Counted from the first letter of the stretch, positions 20,660 to 31,005 are shown. The stretch: DNA of 64,000 nt from an uncultured Ardenticatenaceae bacterium (GCA_964643965.1 CAZXVH010000001.1:54980-118979); one strand, 5' to 3'. A program made the numbers and translations. Notes: generated from the letters alone by a model not told the origin.

Positions 20660-20810
20660 ACGGCCGTTAAGGGCATAGTTGTTATCATCTTTTTCTTTTT
20701 AAATAACTCTTCCCTGAGGTATAATTGATATTATACTGCTTTAAGTTTCAGTCCATTTTAGGACAAAACATCGAATGACGTACTAAAGTTTCGCAAAGGG
20801 AAATTAATAA

Positions 20811-21797
20811 ATGGGACAAGGTTTATTCACTCAGACCAAAACAATATCCTCGGAATTTAGAAATGATGCTGATATTGTTCTCTACAACGGAGATGTAAAT
20901 GACTTTATTAATACAATCCCTACTGCTTCCGTTAAATTAATAATTACTTCCCCTCCTTACAATTTGGGCAAAGAATACGAAGATAAAGTATCTATTGACA
21001 AATATTTGGAGATGCAGCAAGAAACAATTGAAAACTTATACCGTGTTTTGCGTCCCGATGGCAGTCTTTGCTGGCAAGTTGGGAATTATGTAAATAAAGG
21101 CGAGGTTTTCCCATTAGATATTTTTTATTATCCAATCTTTAAAAACCAAGGATACCAATTACGAAACCGCTTAATCTGGCATTTTGGTCATGGATTACAC
21201 ACAAAAAAACGTTTTTCGGGTAGATACGAAACTTTACTATGGTTCACAAAATCTGCTGACTATACTTTTAATCTAGACCCAGTTAGAGTCCCATCAAAAT
21301 ACCCGGGTAAGCGGCATTACAAAGGTCCAAATAGAGGAAAGCCATCTGGTAATCCCAAAGGGAAGAACCCCTCTGACGTTTGGCAAAAAATATGTGAAGA
21401 ATGGGAAGAAGGGTTTTGGGAAATTCCAAATGTAAAATCAAACCATCCAGAAAAAACAACACATCCTTGTCAGTTTCCTATTGAGTTAGTGGAAAGATGT
21501 GTTCTTGCCTTAACCGATGAAGGAGATATGGTTTATGATCCTTATGCGGGTGTTGGTTCTGCCTTAATCGCAGCGATAAAACATGAGAGAAAAGCACTGG
21601 GTAGTGAGCAAGAACCAAGTTATGTCGAAATTGCACAACAAAGAATTGAATCACTTTTAAATGGAACATTACGTATCAGACCGCTTGGAAAAGCAGTTCA
21701 CAAACCAACTGGAACAGAAAAAGTATCTCAACGACCACCTGAATGGGATTTAGCTGTTCAACAAAAATTATTGGAACCACGAGAGGAATACAAATGA
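20811..21797 (+). CDS. Type II DNA methyltransferase (beta-class amino-MTase, N4-C or N6-A)
   Basis: Motif IV IITSPPYNL precedes motif I DPYAGVGS. AT-rich codon usage unlike the flanks. Stop overlaps the downstream start (ATGA). Confidence 0.85.
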   Translation: MGQGLFTQTKTISSEFRNDADIVLYNGDVNDFINTIPTASVKLIITSPPYNLGKEYEDKVSIDKYLEMQQETIENLYRVLRPDGSLCWQVGNYVNKGEVFPLDIFYYPIFKNQGYQLRNRLIWHFGHGLHTKKRFSGRYETLLWFTKSADYTFNLDPVRVPSKYPGKRHYKGPNRGKPSGNPKGKNPSDVWQKICEEWEEGFWEIPNVKSNHPEKTTHPCQFPIELVERCVLALTDEGDMVYDPYAGVGSALIAAIKHERKALGSEQEPSYVEIAQQRIESLLNGTLRIRPLGKAVHKPTGTEKVSQRPPEWDLAVQQKLLEPREEYK

Positions 21798-22366
21798 TCA
21801 TTGGTGGAATTTATTCGTTCAACAGGGGTCAAGAAATAATTAAAGCGAATTATAGTGACGAGTTGGCAGAAGTGATTAGAGTCATTGAATCAGTCGATTC
21901 TACCATACACAAAACCAAGACCAGTGCAGAAAAAACGATGCCTGGTAGACTTCTTTTCAAACCAAGCTCCTTAAATAAATCATTCAAGAAAAAATTCGTG
22001 TCCTATGGGTGGGATGCAAACACACGCATCCTCTGCGACTATCCTACTGAATTCTATGCATCAGAGTATTCTCCGTCCTCTACAACTCGAAATGCCTACC
22101 GCGAAATCGATTTCGTTAAAAACAGGCTAGGTGTGGAAGTGCAGTTCGGGAAATATGCTTTTATGGTTTACAATGTTTGTGCCAAAATGACGATATTTCA
22201 TAATGAAGGTTTTATTGACGCTGGTATTGAAATTGTGCCTTTAAAAGAACTGGCTGTACAAATGTCTACCGGCGTCTCGTATTTTGAGCAGTTTGTCTGG
22301 GATTTAGAGCATAGAGGCGTTTCAGATATTGATATTCCTGTTATGATCATTGGCCTTTCAGAGTAG
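21794..22366 (+). CDS. Type II restriction endonuclease, BglII/BstYI-like
   Basis: Start at MIIGGIY (ATGA overlap with the MTase stop). EIDFVKNRLGVEVQFGKYAFMVYNV and the C-terminal YFEQ...DIPVMIIGLSE resemble my recollection of BglII (DIDFGKRDTLVEVQFSNYPF..., YYEQ...DVPIRLVGLIE). Confidence 0.6.
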   Translation: MIIGGIYSFNRGQEIIKANYSDELAEVIRVIESVDSTIHKTKTSAEKTMPGRLLFKPSSLNKSFKKKFVSYGWDANTRILCDYPTEFYASEYSPSSTTRNAYREIDFVKNRLGVEVQFGKYAFMVYNVCAKMTIFHNEGFIDAGIEIVPLKELAVQMSTGVSYFEQFVWDLEHRGVSDIDIPVMIIGLSE

Positions 22367-22580
22367 TGGGTTTCAAATAATTTACCATGCAGCGCCAGGC
22401 ACGAGACTAACCAATCAGGTCCGTTTCGCCCCGTGCCCGGCGCTACGCAGCATCTAAAGAAATTCCGCACCCTTTTTACCAACACCATACCAAACAACTT
22501 GCGCGGCATAACAACCAGGTGAACGCCACACAATCCTGTTCAGCCATGTTTGTCCGCGTCTTATTCACAAGGAGATATAG

Positions 22581-23540
22581 ATGGAAAAAGCAATATTATT
22601 AGAATGGTACCGGCAAATGGTCCTCGTTCGTCTATTTGAACAACGCTGCGCCGAGCTTTACAGCCTGGGCAAGATTGGCGGGTTTCTTCACTTATATATT
22701 GGTCAGGAAGCGGTGGCCGTGGGCAGCATTGGCGCCCGGCAGGATGGCGACCATGTGATCACGGCGTATCGGGATCATGCTCATGCCCTGGCGGTGGGAT
22801 CTGAAACCGGCCCGGTGTTGGCGGAACTGTTGGGCAAAGCCACCGGCGTCAGTAAAGGCAAGGGTGGTTCCATGCACCTGGCCGATGTGCCCCGTGGTTT
22901 TTGGGGTGGTTATGCGGTGGTGGGCGGCCATTTACCGTTGGCGACAGGCATTGCCCTGGCGGAGCAATATAGAGGCACGGATAACGCCGTACTCTGTTAT
23001 TTTGGCGATGGCTCTACAAATATTGGCTATTTCCATGAATCGTTGAACTTGGCCGGGGTGTGGGATTTACCGGTGTTATTTATTGTGGAGAATAATCAAT
23101 ATGGCATGGGAACGGCCGTTGACCGCGCCTCTGCTGTCCCCCACATGATCGACAAAGCCCCAGCCTATGGCATGGAAGGCAAACAAGTTGATGGCATGGA
23201 TGTGGTGGCTGTGTATGAAGCCACTGCCGTCGCCTTAAAAGAGATCCGCGCTGGCAAAGGGCCGCAGTTCTTGGAGATGCTCACCTACCGTTTTGAAGGC
23301 CATTCCATGGGTGACCCGCTGCGCTACCGCACTAAAGCTGAAGTAGAAAAATGGCGAGAAGACGATCCTATTGGTATTTTGGAACGCCGTATCTTGAAAG
23401 AGGAACTTGCCACTCAGGAAGAGTTGGACGGCATCGACAAAGCTGTGGCTCAAGAGATGGAAGAGGCGGTTCGCTTTGCTGAAGAATCACCTTTCCCGGC
23501 CTATGAAGAGCTGTTTACCGATATTTACGTAGAAGATTAA
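22581..23540 (+). CDS. pdhA: 2-oxoacid (pyruvate-type) dehydrogenase E1 alpha subunit
   Basis: TPP motif GDGSTNIGYFHESLNLA...IVENNQYGMGT; AAGGAG RBS. Confidence 0.8.
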   Translation: MEKAILLEWYRQMVLVRLFEQRCAELYSLGKIGGFLHLYIGQEAVAVGSIGARQDGDHVITAYRDHAHALAVGSETGPVLAELLGKATGVSKGKGGSMHLADVPRGFWGGYAVVGGHLPLATGIALAEQYRGTDNAVLCYFGDGSTNIGYFHESLNLAGVWDLPVLFIVENNQYGMGTAVDRASAVPHMIDKAPAYGMEGKQVDGMDVVAVYEATAVALKEIRAGKGPQFLEMLTYRFEGHSMGDPLRYRTKAEVEKWREDDPIGILERRILKEELATQEELDGIDKAVAQEMEEAVRFAEESPFPAYEELFTDIYVED

Positions 23541-23553
23541 GCGGAGAATAACA

Positions 23554-24525
23554 ATGGCTTTAATAACAATGCGACAAGCGATCAGCGATGCTTTGCGTGA
23601 AGAAATGCATCGTGACGAAAATGTGTTTATCATGGGTGAAGAAGTGGGGGTGTGGGGCGGCACATACGCTGTGACACGCGGCTTTTATGATGAATTTGGC
23701 GCCAAACGTGTCAGAGACACCCCTATTTCAGAGATGGTTATCGGCGGGGCGGCAACCGGGGCGGCCATGAACGGCCTGCGCCCCGTCGCCGAATTTATGA
23801 CGATCAACTTTGCTTTCCTGGCGTTAGATGCCATCGTCAACCATGCTGCCAAAATTCATTATATGTTTGGCGGGCAGATGCGGGCGCCGGTGGTCTTCCG
23901 GGCGCCGGGCGGCGGCGGCCGCCAGTTAGGGGCCACTCACAGCCATACGCCAGATGTGATCTTCGCCCATTTCCCCGGGCTGAAGGTCGTCTCGCCAGCC
24001 ACGCCGTATGACGCCAAAGGGATGCTCAAAGAAGCGATCCGCATTGACGATCCGGTTTTATTTATCGAACATGCGACCTTATATCAAATTCGTGGCGAAG
24101 TGCCCGAAGGTGAGTACACCGTGCCTATTGGCGTCTCTGATGTGAAGCGGAAAGGCACAGATGTGACGATTGTGGGGTATGCGCAGGGGCTGCAAGTGGC
24201 TTTAGAAGCGGCCGAACAACTGGCGCGGGAAGGCATTAGCGCGGAGGTGGTTGATCTGCGTTCTTTACGGCCGTTAGACATGGGTCCCGTCGTTAAATCC
24301 TTCCAGAAAACATTCAAAGCTGTTATCGTAGAAGAAGGATATCGTTCTTACGGCATCGGCGCGGAAGTGGCCGCCCGTTTACAGGAAGAAGCGTTTGATT
24401 ATATGGACGCCCCCATTAAACGAGTGGCGCAGTTTGAAGTGCCGCTGCCTTATTCCGCAGATTTGGAGCAGCAGGCGTTGATCAACAAAGACCGCGTGAT
24501 TGCGGCGGTGAAGGAGGTTTTGTAA
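23554..24525 (+). CDS. pdhB: 2-oxoacid dehydrogenase E1 beta subunit
   Basis: 323 aa; transketolase-like pyrimidine-binding and C-terminal domains, DTPISE motif. Confidence 0.8.
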   Translation: MALITMRQAISDALREEMHRDENVFIMGEEVGVWGGTYAVTRGFYDEFGAKRVRDTPISEMVIGGAATGAAMNGLRPVAEFMTINFAFLALDAIVNHAAKIHYMFGGQMRAPVVFRAPGGGGRQLGATHSHTPDVIFAHFPGLKVVSPATPYDAKGMLKEAIRIDDPVLFIEHATLYQIRGEVPEGEYTVPIGVSDVKRKGTDVTIVGYAQGLQVALEAAEQLAREGISAEVVDLRSLRPLDMGPVVKSFQKTFKAVIVEEGYRSYGIGAEVAARLQEEAFDYMDAPIKRVAQFEVPLPYSADLEQQALINKDRVIAAVKEVL

Positions 24526-25781
24526 TGGCTGAATATATTGTCATGCCCAAGTTGGGTTTTGATATGCGGGAAGCGGTGCTGGTGGCCTGGCTCAAGCAGG
24601 AAGGCGATCAGATTACCAAAGGTGACATTGTGGCAGAAATTGAGTCTGATAAGGCCACGTTGGAACTGGAAGCGTTTGAGAGCGGCGTTTTGCTTAAGCA
24701 GCTGCAACATGAAGGGGCTGTCGTGGCGGTGGGCGCTGATATCGCTATTATTGGTGAAGCCGGCGAGGATATTTCTGGGATGTTGTCGGCCGGCGACGGC
24801 GATCAGGCAGAGGCGGCTGATGCCGCGGAAGTTTCTGACCCAAAAGCTGACCCGGCGGCCCAGAAAGCCTCTACATCACCGGCCACCGCGCCGGTCGTCT
24901 CCAGCGAGTTTCCTGGGGGCGTGAAGGCGACTCCGGTCGCCCGCCGGATTGCTCAGGAAAACGATGTGGATTTGAGCCGCGTCACTGGCTCAGGGGCTGA
25001 TGGGCGGGTGCGTAAAAGTGATGTGGAAGCATACCTGGCTGCGCCGCCAGCGGCTATGCCGGCTGTTTCGACCACGCCTGTGCCCACTGGCCCAGAGACG
25101 GAAGAGATTCCGACTCCTCGTTTGCGCCAGGCGATTGGCCGCCGTATGCTGGAGTCTAAAACCACTGTGCCGCATTTCTATGTGACGACAGAGGTGGATA
25201 TGGGGCCGCTGGTGGCTTTACGCAAACAGATAAATGAATCCCTGGAAGCGAAAGGCATCAAGGTTTCTATCAATGATATGATTGTGAAGGCGGCGGCGTT
25301 GGCGCTGCGCCAGTTCTCCAATCTGAATACCAGCTTTGCCGGTGACAAACTGGTGCGCCATAACCGGATTCATGTGGGAACGGCCGTTGCTGTGGAAGGT
25401 GGCTTATTAACCGTCGTCCAGAAAAACACAGACCTGACTCCCCTGGCACAAGTGGCGGTCGATAACCGTGAGATGATCGTTCGTTCACGGGAAGGCAAGA
25501 TCAGGCCGGATGACGTGATAGGCAGCACCTTTACCGTGAGCAACCTGGGCGCGTTTGATGTGGATCACTTCATCGCCATCATCAATCCGCCGGAGGCCGC
25601 CATTTTGGCGGTTGGCTCGGCCAAACAGGTTCCGGTTGTCGTCGATGGCGAGTTGGCGGTGGGTTGGCGCATGAAAGCGACCCTCTCTGCCGACCACCGC
25701 GTGACGGACGGCGCCGAAGCGGCGCAGTTTATGCAGGCGTTGAAAGAGATATTGGAACGGCCGTTGCAGCTGTTGCTTTAA
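24525..25781 (+). CDS. pdhC: Dihydrolipoamide acyltransferase E2
   Basis: Lipoyl site EIESDKATLE, E3-binding ATPVARRIAQENDVDLSRVTGSG, catalytic SADHRVTDGAEAAQF; TAATG overlap with the E1 beta stop. Confidence 0.85.
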   Translation: MAEYIVMPKLGFDMREAVLVAWLKQEGDQITKGDIVAEIESDKATLELEAFESGVLLKQLQHEGAVVAVGADIAIIGEAGEDISGMLSAGDGDQAEAADAAEVSDPKADPAAQKASTSPATAPVVSSEFPGGVKATPVARRIAQENDVDLSRVTGSGADGRVRKSDVEAYLAAPPAAMPAVSTTPVPTGPETEEIPTPRLRQAIGRRMLESKTTVPHFYVTTEVDMGPLVALRKQINESLEAKGIKVSINDMIVKAAALALRQFSNLNTSFAGDKLVRHNRIHVGTAVAVEGGLLTVVQKNTDLTPLAQVAVDNREMIVRSREGKIRPDDVIGSTFTVSNLGAFDVDHFIAIINPPEAAILAVGSAKQVPVVVDGELAVGWRMKATLSADHRVTDGAEAAQFMQALKEILERPLQLLL

Positions 25782-25792
25782 CCTTACATTTC

Positions 25793-25829
25793 GGGCGGCG
25801 CATTCATGAACAATGCGCCGCCCTTTTTT
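25793..25829 (+). terminator. Rho-independent terminator after the E2 gene
   Basis: GGGCGGCGCATT / AATGCGCCGCCC 12-bp stem, 7-nt loop, TTTTTT. Confidence 0.85.
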
Positions 25830-25936
25830 ACATATTTCAACACCACGTTATTAGACAATCCGCGCCGATCAGGACTATTTTCCCTACTCATCCCTCCCAT
25901 CCTCACCCCCGTATCGTACAGTTCCGCCCAAAAATC

Positions 25937-25945
25937 TGCTATACT
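25937..25945 (+). promoter_or_regulatory. Candidate extended -10 promoter (TGcTATACT) for the two-component operon
   Basis: TGnTATACT about 140 nt upstream of the 26088 start. Confidence 0.35.
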
Positions 25946-26087
25946 AACCGGCGTGTTCACATAAAGAATATATTGACCGGCTGAAGCGCAGAGGTACACT
26001 ATTTCCCACCCGTGTTCATCCACCCTCAACCGTGTCCCCTTATAAAACAGGCAAAAAAGCTGTGCAACTAAACGTGGAGGTAGTTTC

Positions 26088-26804
26088 ATGACCACAATAT
26101 TGGTAATTGACGACGATGAGTTGGTCTCCAGGACATTGCAGCGGGCGTTAAAGCTGTATGGCTACCAGGTAATGGTAGCCAACAGCGGCGCTGAAGGGCT
26201 GCAAATTGCCCGCCGCCATCGGCCGGATTTGTTCATATTAGATATTATGATGCCCGGCGCGGATGGCTATCAAGTGTGTCGGCAAATTCGCGGCGATCCT
26301 TTGTTGGATGATTTGCCTGTCTTGTTTTTAACGGCAAAGGCCAAAGATGAAGACAAGATAGAAGGGTTCCGCGCCGGCGGTGATGATTATCTGAGCAAGC
26401 CGTTTAATATGGAAGAACTGCAACTGCGCGTGAAGGCGATTTTGCGCCGCATGAATCCCGTCGTCGTCGATAAAACACCGCCATCAGAAGTGGTAGTGGG
26501 GGATGTGGTGTTGGACTGCCGCACCTTCCAGGTGACGACGCCGGAGAAGGTCGCTTTGTTGACCAATGTGCAGTTTGATCTGCTCTATCATTTGATGAGC
26601 CACGCCCAACAGGTTTTTAACAGCCAGCAGCTTTTGCAAGATGTCTGGGATTATCCGCGGGATACGGGCAGCCCGGAACTGGTGCGCGCCCACATCAAGA
26701 ACCTGCGTGAAAAGATCGAACCGATTCCCAGTAAGCCCCGATATATCCGTACCATTCAAGGACATGGCTACACTTTTGCCGATGATGAAACCACTACACC
26801 CTGA
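26088..26804 (+). CDS. OmpR-family response regulator
   Basis: REC domain (DDD...DLFILDIMMPG...K) plus winged-helix C-terminus (RTIQGHGYTF); GGAGG RBS. Confidence 0.9.
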   Translation: MTTILVIDDDELVSRTLQRALKLYGYQVMVANSGAEGLQIARRHRPDLFILDIMMPGADGYQVCRQIRGDPLLDDLPVLFLTAKAKDEDKIEGFRAGGDDYLSKPFNMEELQLRVKAILRRMNPVVVDKTPPSEVVVGDVVLDCRTFQVTTPEKVALLTNVQFDLLYHLMSHAQQVFNSQQLLQDVWDYPRDTGSPELVRAHIKNLREKIEPIPSKPRYIRTIQGHGYTFADDETTTP

Positions 26805-28803
26805 GTTGACGCCGGCCCGCATTTTGTTGGTGGATGATGAACCGGAGATTGCGGAATCTTTGTCTGATTTCCTGGTGCGGAAGGCAGGATATTCTGTCAC
26901 GCTGGCGGCGACAGGTGAAGAGGCCGTTGTCATCATGGAGAAGCTGCTGGCAGAGCAGATTGAATTAGATCTGGTGCTGCTTGATATGCGTATGCCCGGC
27001 ATCTCCGGGCTGGATGTGTTGAATTGGATTCGGGAGCATCCAGTGCTGCAATATACCAGGGTGGTGCTGGTCACGGCCGCTTCTGGCAGTGATGAAAAAG
27101 TGGAAGCGCTGTCGGCTGGAGCGGATGATTATATTACCAAACCTTTCTACCCCAAGGAGTTGTTGGCGCGGGTTAAGACGATTTTACGCACCCAACAGTT
27201 GGAGAAACAGTTGCAGCGGCAAAGCCAACAACTGGCTTTTCTCAACCACATCGGGCAGGAGTTGGCGACGTTGTTGGAAACGCAAGATGTGCTGGAAACG
27301 GCCGTTTCTGGCGCCCAACAACTGTTTGAACTGATCGCGGCCACAGCTTATATGTTGGAAGGGGGGCAGTTACGCGCCCGGGCTGCTGCCGGGGTGCAGT
27401 TGGCGCCAATGGCCGCCATCATGCCCGGACAAGGGTTTCTCGGCGCTCTTTTTAGCCAACAAGAGGCGGCGCTGCTCAACGAAGTCGAGTCGGATGGGCG
27501 TTATGCGGCTCACCTGGACGCCCCGCCAGAGCTGGAGGTGAGCACATTAGTGGCCGCTCCCATTCTGGTGAGGGGACGCTCAGTGGGTATGTTGGCCGGC
27601 TACAATCAGATAAACGGCCGTTTCACCCCCATGGACCTTGAACTCTTCTCTTCCTTAACCCACTCCGTCAGCCAAGCCATCGAAAACGCCTGGCTGTTCC
27701 AGCGCATTCGTCTGCGCCAGAAAGAGTTACTCGACAGTCGCAATACTTTGCAAGCGCTTATTGATGGCATCCCCCATCCCATTTACACCATCAACAGCGA
27801 TTGGCAGTTGGTAGCCGTCAACAAAAGCCAGCTAGAGCGGCAGGCGTCGCCCGCTTTAAACTTAAATGGCCAGACCTGCTTTGTAGCCTTCTACCAACGC
27901 ATATCTCCCTGCACCCACTGCCAGGTTGCCGCCTGCCTCAGCCAAAAACAGCCGCAAGGTTGGAGCGTCCACTGGCAGGGAGAAGACCATCTGCCGCGAG
28001 AGTGGGAAGTGAACGCCTATCCCATCCCCAGCAGCCAGGCAGACGCCGCCAGCGCCGTGGTGCTGTGGCAAGATCGTACCGAAGAGCGGCAGATGGAAAG
28101 CAGCCTCTTGCAAGCCGGAAAACTGGCAGCCATTGGTCAACTGGCGGCCGGCGTGGCTCATGAAATCAATAACCCCCTCACGGCTATCAACGCCAACGCC
28201 GAAATGCTCAAAATGTTTATTTCACCGGAAGACGAGAACTATGAGGCCGTAGACCTCATTGCCAGGGCCGGCGAACGAGCCACCAAAGTGGTGCGTGGCC
28301 TGCTCGATTTTGCCCGTCAGGAGCAGTACAAATTCATTCCAGGCAGCGTAAACCAATCCATCCGCCAGGCGTTGGATTTAGTGAGCTATCAATTGCAGAG
28401 CGCCCATATTGAAATTAAAGAACAATACGCTCAGGATGAGCCAGTTATGATTGCCAGTTGGGAGCATCTCAAAAGTGTATGGCTCAATATATTCGTGAAT
28501 GCTCGAGACGCCTTCCAATCCCAGGCTGCAAACCGGCAAATAGAAATAACCACTTCCCTTACTGATGACAAAACCATGATTCAAGTCCTCATTCAAGATA
28601 ATGGCAAAGGTATGTCGGCGGCTGAGGCAGCCCATATTTTTGAGCCGTTTTATACTACAAAAGATCCGGGACAAGGCACAGGTTTGGGTTTAGCTACCAG
28701 TCATCGTATCATAGAACAGCATGGCGGTGATATAAATGTGGTCAGTTCCCCTCTTGAGGGCACAACATTTGTCGTGAGGCTGCCGCTTAGGGCTGACAAT
28801 TAA
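26782..28803 (+). CDS. Hybrid sensor histidine kinase (REC-GAF-PAS-HisKA-HATPase)
   Basis: Start placed at MMKPL, overlapping the regulator stop. ILLVDDEPE...LLDMRMPG receiver, GAF-like middle region, H-box HEINNPL, G-boxes DNGKGM and GTGLGLA. Confidence 0.85.
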   Translation: MMKPLHPELTPARILLVDDEPEIAESLSDFLVRKAGYSVTLAATGEEAVVIMEKLLAEQIELDLVLLDMRMPGISGLDVLNWIREHPVLQYTRVVLVTAASGSDEKVEALSAGADDYITKPFYPKELLARVKTILRTQQLEKQLQRQSQQLAFLNHIGQELATLLETQDVLETAVSGAQQLFELIAATAYMLEGGQLRARAAAGVQLAPMAAIMPGQGFLGALFSQQEAALLNEVESDGRYAAHLDAPPELEVSTLVAAPILVRGRSVGMLAGYNQINGRFTPMDLELFSSLTHSVSQAIENAWLFQRIRLRQKELLDSRNTLQALIDGIPHPIYTINSDWQLVAVNKSQLERQASPALNLNGQTCFVAFYQRISPCTHCQVAACLSQKQPQGWSVHWQGEDHLPREWEVNAYPIPSSQADAASAVVLWQDRTEERQMESSLLQAGKLAAIGQLAAGVAHEINNPLTAINANAEMLKMFISPEDENYEAVDLIARAGERATKVVRGLLDFARQEQYKFIPGSVNQSIRQALDLVSYQLQSAHIEIKEQYAQDEPVMIASWEHLKSVWLNIFVNARDAFQSQAANRQIEITTSLTDDKTMIQVLIQDNGKGMSAAEAAHIFEPFYTTKDPGQGTGLGLATSHRIIEQHGGDINVVSSPLEGTTFVVRLPLRADN

Positions 28804-28912
28804 ATAATACAAGGAACTATCTTGTCATCAGCCTCAAAGAACGAGAATTATATTTTGTAAATTTTTTAATTCTCGTTCCTTATTCGAGAAGACAGCGAGA
28901 AACTTTCAGATT

Positions 28913-30559
28913 ATGATGAGACAACCCACGCCCACTGAGCTTAACATAAGTGATGTCTTACGTTTGGCATTGCCTTTAAGTACCACCGTCATAACGGGCG
29001 CCCAACAGGCAAAACGAAATGTACAATGGGCCGTTATTGTGACAAGCTGGGAAAACTTACCACAGCAGGTAGCGGCTGGGGACCTGGTGGTTGTCCCGTT
29101 GAACTTCCAAAAACAGGCTTCTACAACAACCCTCCTCACTTATTTTGAAGAGATGGTGGCATTGGATATCTCAGGCATTTTGCTGTTTGCTGAGGTTCCA
29201 GATGTCGTTGTGGAAAAAGCAGCAGACATCAATCTCACCTTGTTGATTGCGCCTAAAGGCGTCACAGTTCGTGAGGTATATCAAGCCATTATTTATCTGT
29301 TAGCCGACCAACAAGCTGCTACCATGGAAAGAGGGATGCAGCTTTACCGCAAACTCTCTGAGATGTCTCGTGAAGAGAAGGGTTTGCAAGCGATGATTGA
29401 TGTCATCGGCAAACTGACCGGCAAAATTGTGGTGATTCAGGATAAACGCCTGGAAGTACAAGCGGTCACTATTCCAGACAATATAGAAATAGATGTAGCA
29501 GATTTAGAAGAGATACTCGTGCGACGTGAAGAATTACCGGCCGTCCTGCGAAACCGGAAAGCGGCCGCCAGAGCGCATCAAAGTTATTGGCAGCAGCTTC
29601 TCCCGGTCAAGAATTTAGGACGGCTCGTCAGTCCCATTGTTTCTGGAGACCGGGCACGCGGTTATCTATCTATCATCGGGTTGGCGGATGAATTAGATTT
29701 GCTAGACACCTTGACAGTGGAACATGGCGCGGCCGCCTGTGCCTTAGAAATGGCAAAAGCAAAAGCGGTGAGTGAAGCGAAAAAGGCGCTGCGCGGTAAT
29801 TTTTTGGAAGGATTATTGGCGGGAACTTTGCCCTCGAAGGAAATTCAACGACTCTCTGGCCGTTTAGATCATGATACTGGTGATCCCCATGCCATCATGA
29901 CTTTCACCTGGGCGGAAACAGATTCACCCTCCATCCGGCGGTTGGAAACGACATTGAATTGGCTGCTGCAAAATCATACCCGGCCGGCGCTGGTTCATAT
30001 TTATGGCGATCAACATGCTTGTGTCTTCCAATCTTTACGTTCCGACGAGGATATGGAAACGGCGCATCAGTTAGCCCGTAGATTGTTTGAGCAAATTGAC
30101 GCCGAGTACCCCAAAAACCACCTCATCGCCGGCATAAGCGGCCCGGCTAAAACATTGGATGAATGGTCTAAAGTGTATCAGGAAGCGTTGCAAGCGATGC
30201 AGTTGGGCGGACGGCTTAAACTTTATCAAATGGTAGATTTTGAAAGTTTGGGCATTTACCGCTTATTGGGCAAATTAGAGGATATGGAGGCGGTTCAAGA
30301 ATTTACCGATCAGGTTATTGGCCCTTTAGTGGCGTATGACCAGCAGCACCGCAGCGCCTTAGTTCAAACCATTGACGAATACTTCAACCATCATGGCAAT
30401 ATTAGCCAAACGGCCGAGGCCCTGTTTATCCATCGTAATACGTTACTTTATCGATTGGATCGCATTCAGGAGTTGACCGGCCATAATCTGAATCAAGCCA
30501 ATATGCGCCTGGCGCTGCATCTTTCGCTGAAATTGTGGCAGCTGCGGCCGGAGACGTAA
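28913..30559 (+). CDS. PucR/CdaR-family transcriptional regulator
   Basis: C-terminal HTH GNISQTAEALFIHRNTLLYRLDRIQELTG typical of the PucR C-terminal domain. Confidence 0.8.
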   Translation: MMRQPTPTELNISDVLRLALPLSTTVITGAQQAKRNVQWAVIVTSWENLPQQVAAGDLVVVPLNFQKQASTTTLLTYFEEMVALDISGILLFAEVPDVVVEKAADINLTLLIAPKGVTVREVYQAIIYLLADQQAATMERGMQLYRKLSEMSREEKGLQAMIDVIGKLTGKIVVIQDKRLEVQAVTIPDNIEIDVADLEEILVRREELPAVLRNRKAAARAHQSYWQQLLPVKNLGRLVSPIVSGDRARGYLSIIGLADELDLLDTLTVEHGAAACALEMAKAKAVSEAKKALRGNFLEGLLAGTLPSKEIQRLSGRLDHDTGDPHAIMTFTWAETDSPSIRRLETTLNWLLQNHTRPALVHIYGDQHACVFQSLRSDEDMETAHQLARRLFEQIDAEYPKNHLIAGISGPAKTLDEWSKVYQEALQAMQLGGRLKLYQMVDFESLGIYRLLGKLEDMEAVQEFTDQVIGPLVAYDQQHRSALVQTIDEYFNHHGNISQTAEALFIHRNTLLYRLDRIQELTGHNLNQANMRLALHLSLKLWQLRPET

Positions 30560-30564
30560 AAGCA

Positions 30565-30585
30565 AGTGAACAGTGGATAGTGAAC
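30565..30585. repeat. Three heptamers (AGTGAAC AGTGGAT AGTGAAC)
   Basis: Read directly, 6 nt after the PucR stop. Confidence 0.7.
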
Positions 30586-30752
30586 GGCGTCATGACCGAT
30601 CACCGACTGCCGCTTGCCGAAAACTGTACATTTTTAACAAACAACGCCTGATTTGATTCTATCAAGTTGACTATAGATTTTGAACCCATGAAATCCTATA
30701 CTGATAGGGACTTGTGCTGAAATGCGCGGTTCAGTGGGAAATAGTGGGAAAC

Positions 30753-30777
30753 AAAAAGGGCGTTCAGCGCCCTTTTT
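30753..30777. terminator. Bidirectional hairpin terminator
   Basis: AAAAA-GGGCG-ttcag-CGCCC-TTTTT. Confidence 0.6.
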
Positions 30778-30918
30778 GTATTATTGGTGACGGTTCGATT
30801 CTTGTGTAATGCACACAAGTATAAATGCCGGTTTGTTGGTTGAATTGCACTATAGACGGTAAGGGAAACGGCCGTTACCCTTATGCACACCAATAACAGA
30901 GCAGAGAATTTTTAACAC

Positions 30919-31005
30919 ATGAAACAACGTCTGAACGGTCTTCTTCTTAGCCTTATTAGCCTGGTCCTTATTATTGTCGTAAAGGATCCATATTCGGTTG
31001 GGTAA
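30919..31005 (+). CDS. 28-codon Leu/Ile/Val-rich mini-ORF (candidate attenuation leader peptide or small hydrophobic peptide)
   Basis: ATG..TAA encodes MKQRLNGLLLSLISLVLIIVVKDPYSVG (14 of 28 residues are L/I/V). Weak RBS. Strong terminator 35 nt downstream. Confidence 0.3.
   Translation: MKQRLNGLLLSLISLVLIIVVKDPYSVG

Noticed and set aside
25784-26095. 103-aa minus-strand ORF in the pdhC-response regulator spacer. Also the 70-aa ORF at 10766-10978 upstream of rpsU.
   Set aside because: They have no RBS and no motifs. They overlap a terminator and candidate promoter/leader regions, so they are more parsimoniously non-coding.
28839-28878. 11-bp inverted repeat GAACGAGAATT...AATTCTCGTTC between the kinase stop and the PucR-type regulator start, considered as a terminator
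   Set aside because: The loop is 18 nt and no U-tract follows, so it is not a convincing intrinsic terminator. It may be an operator, but I have no supporting evidence.
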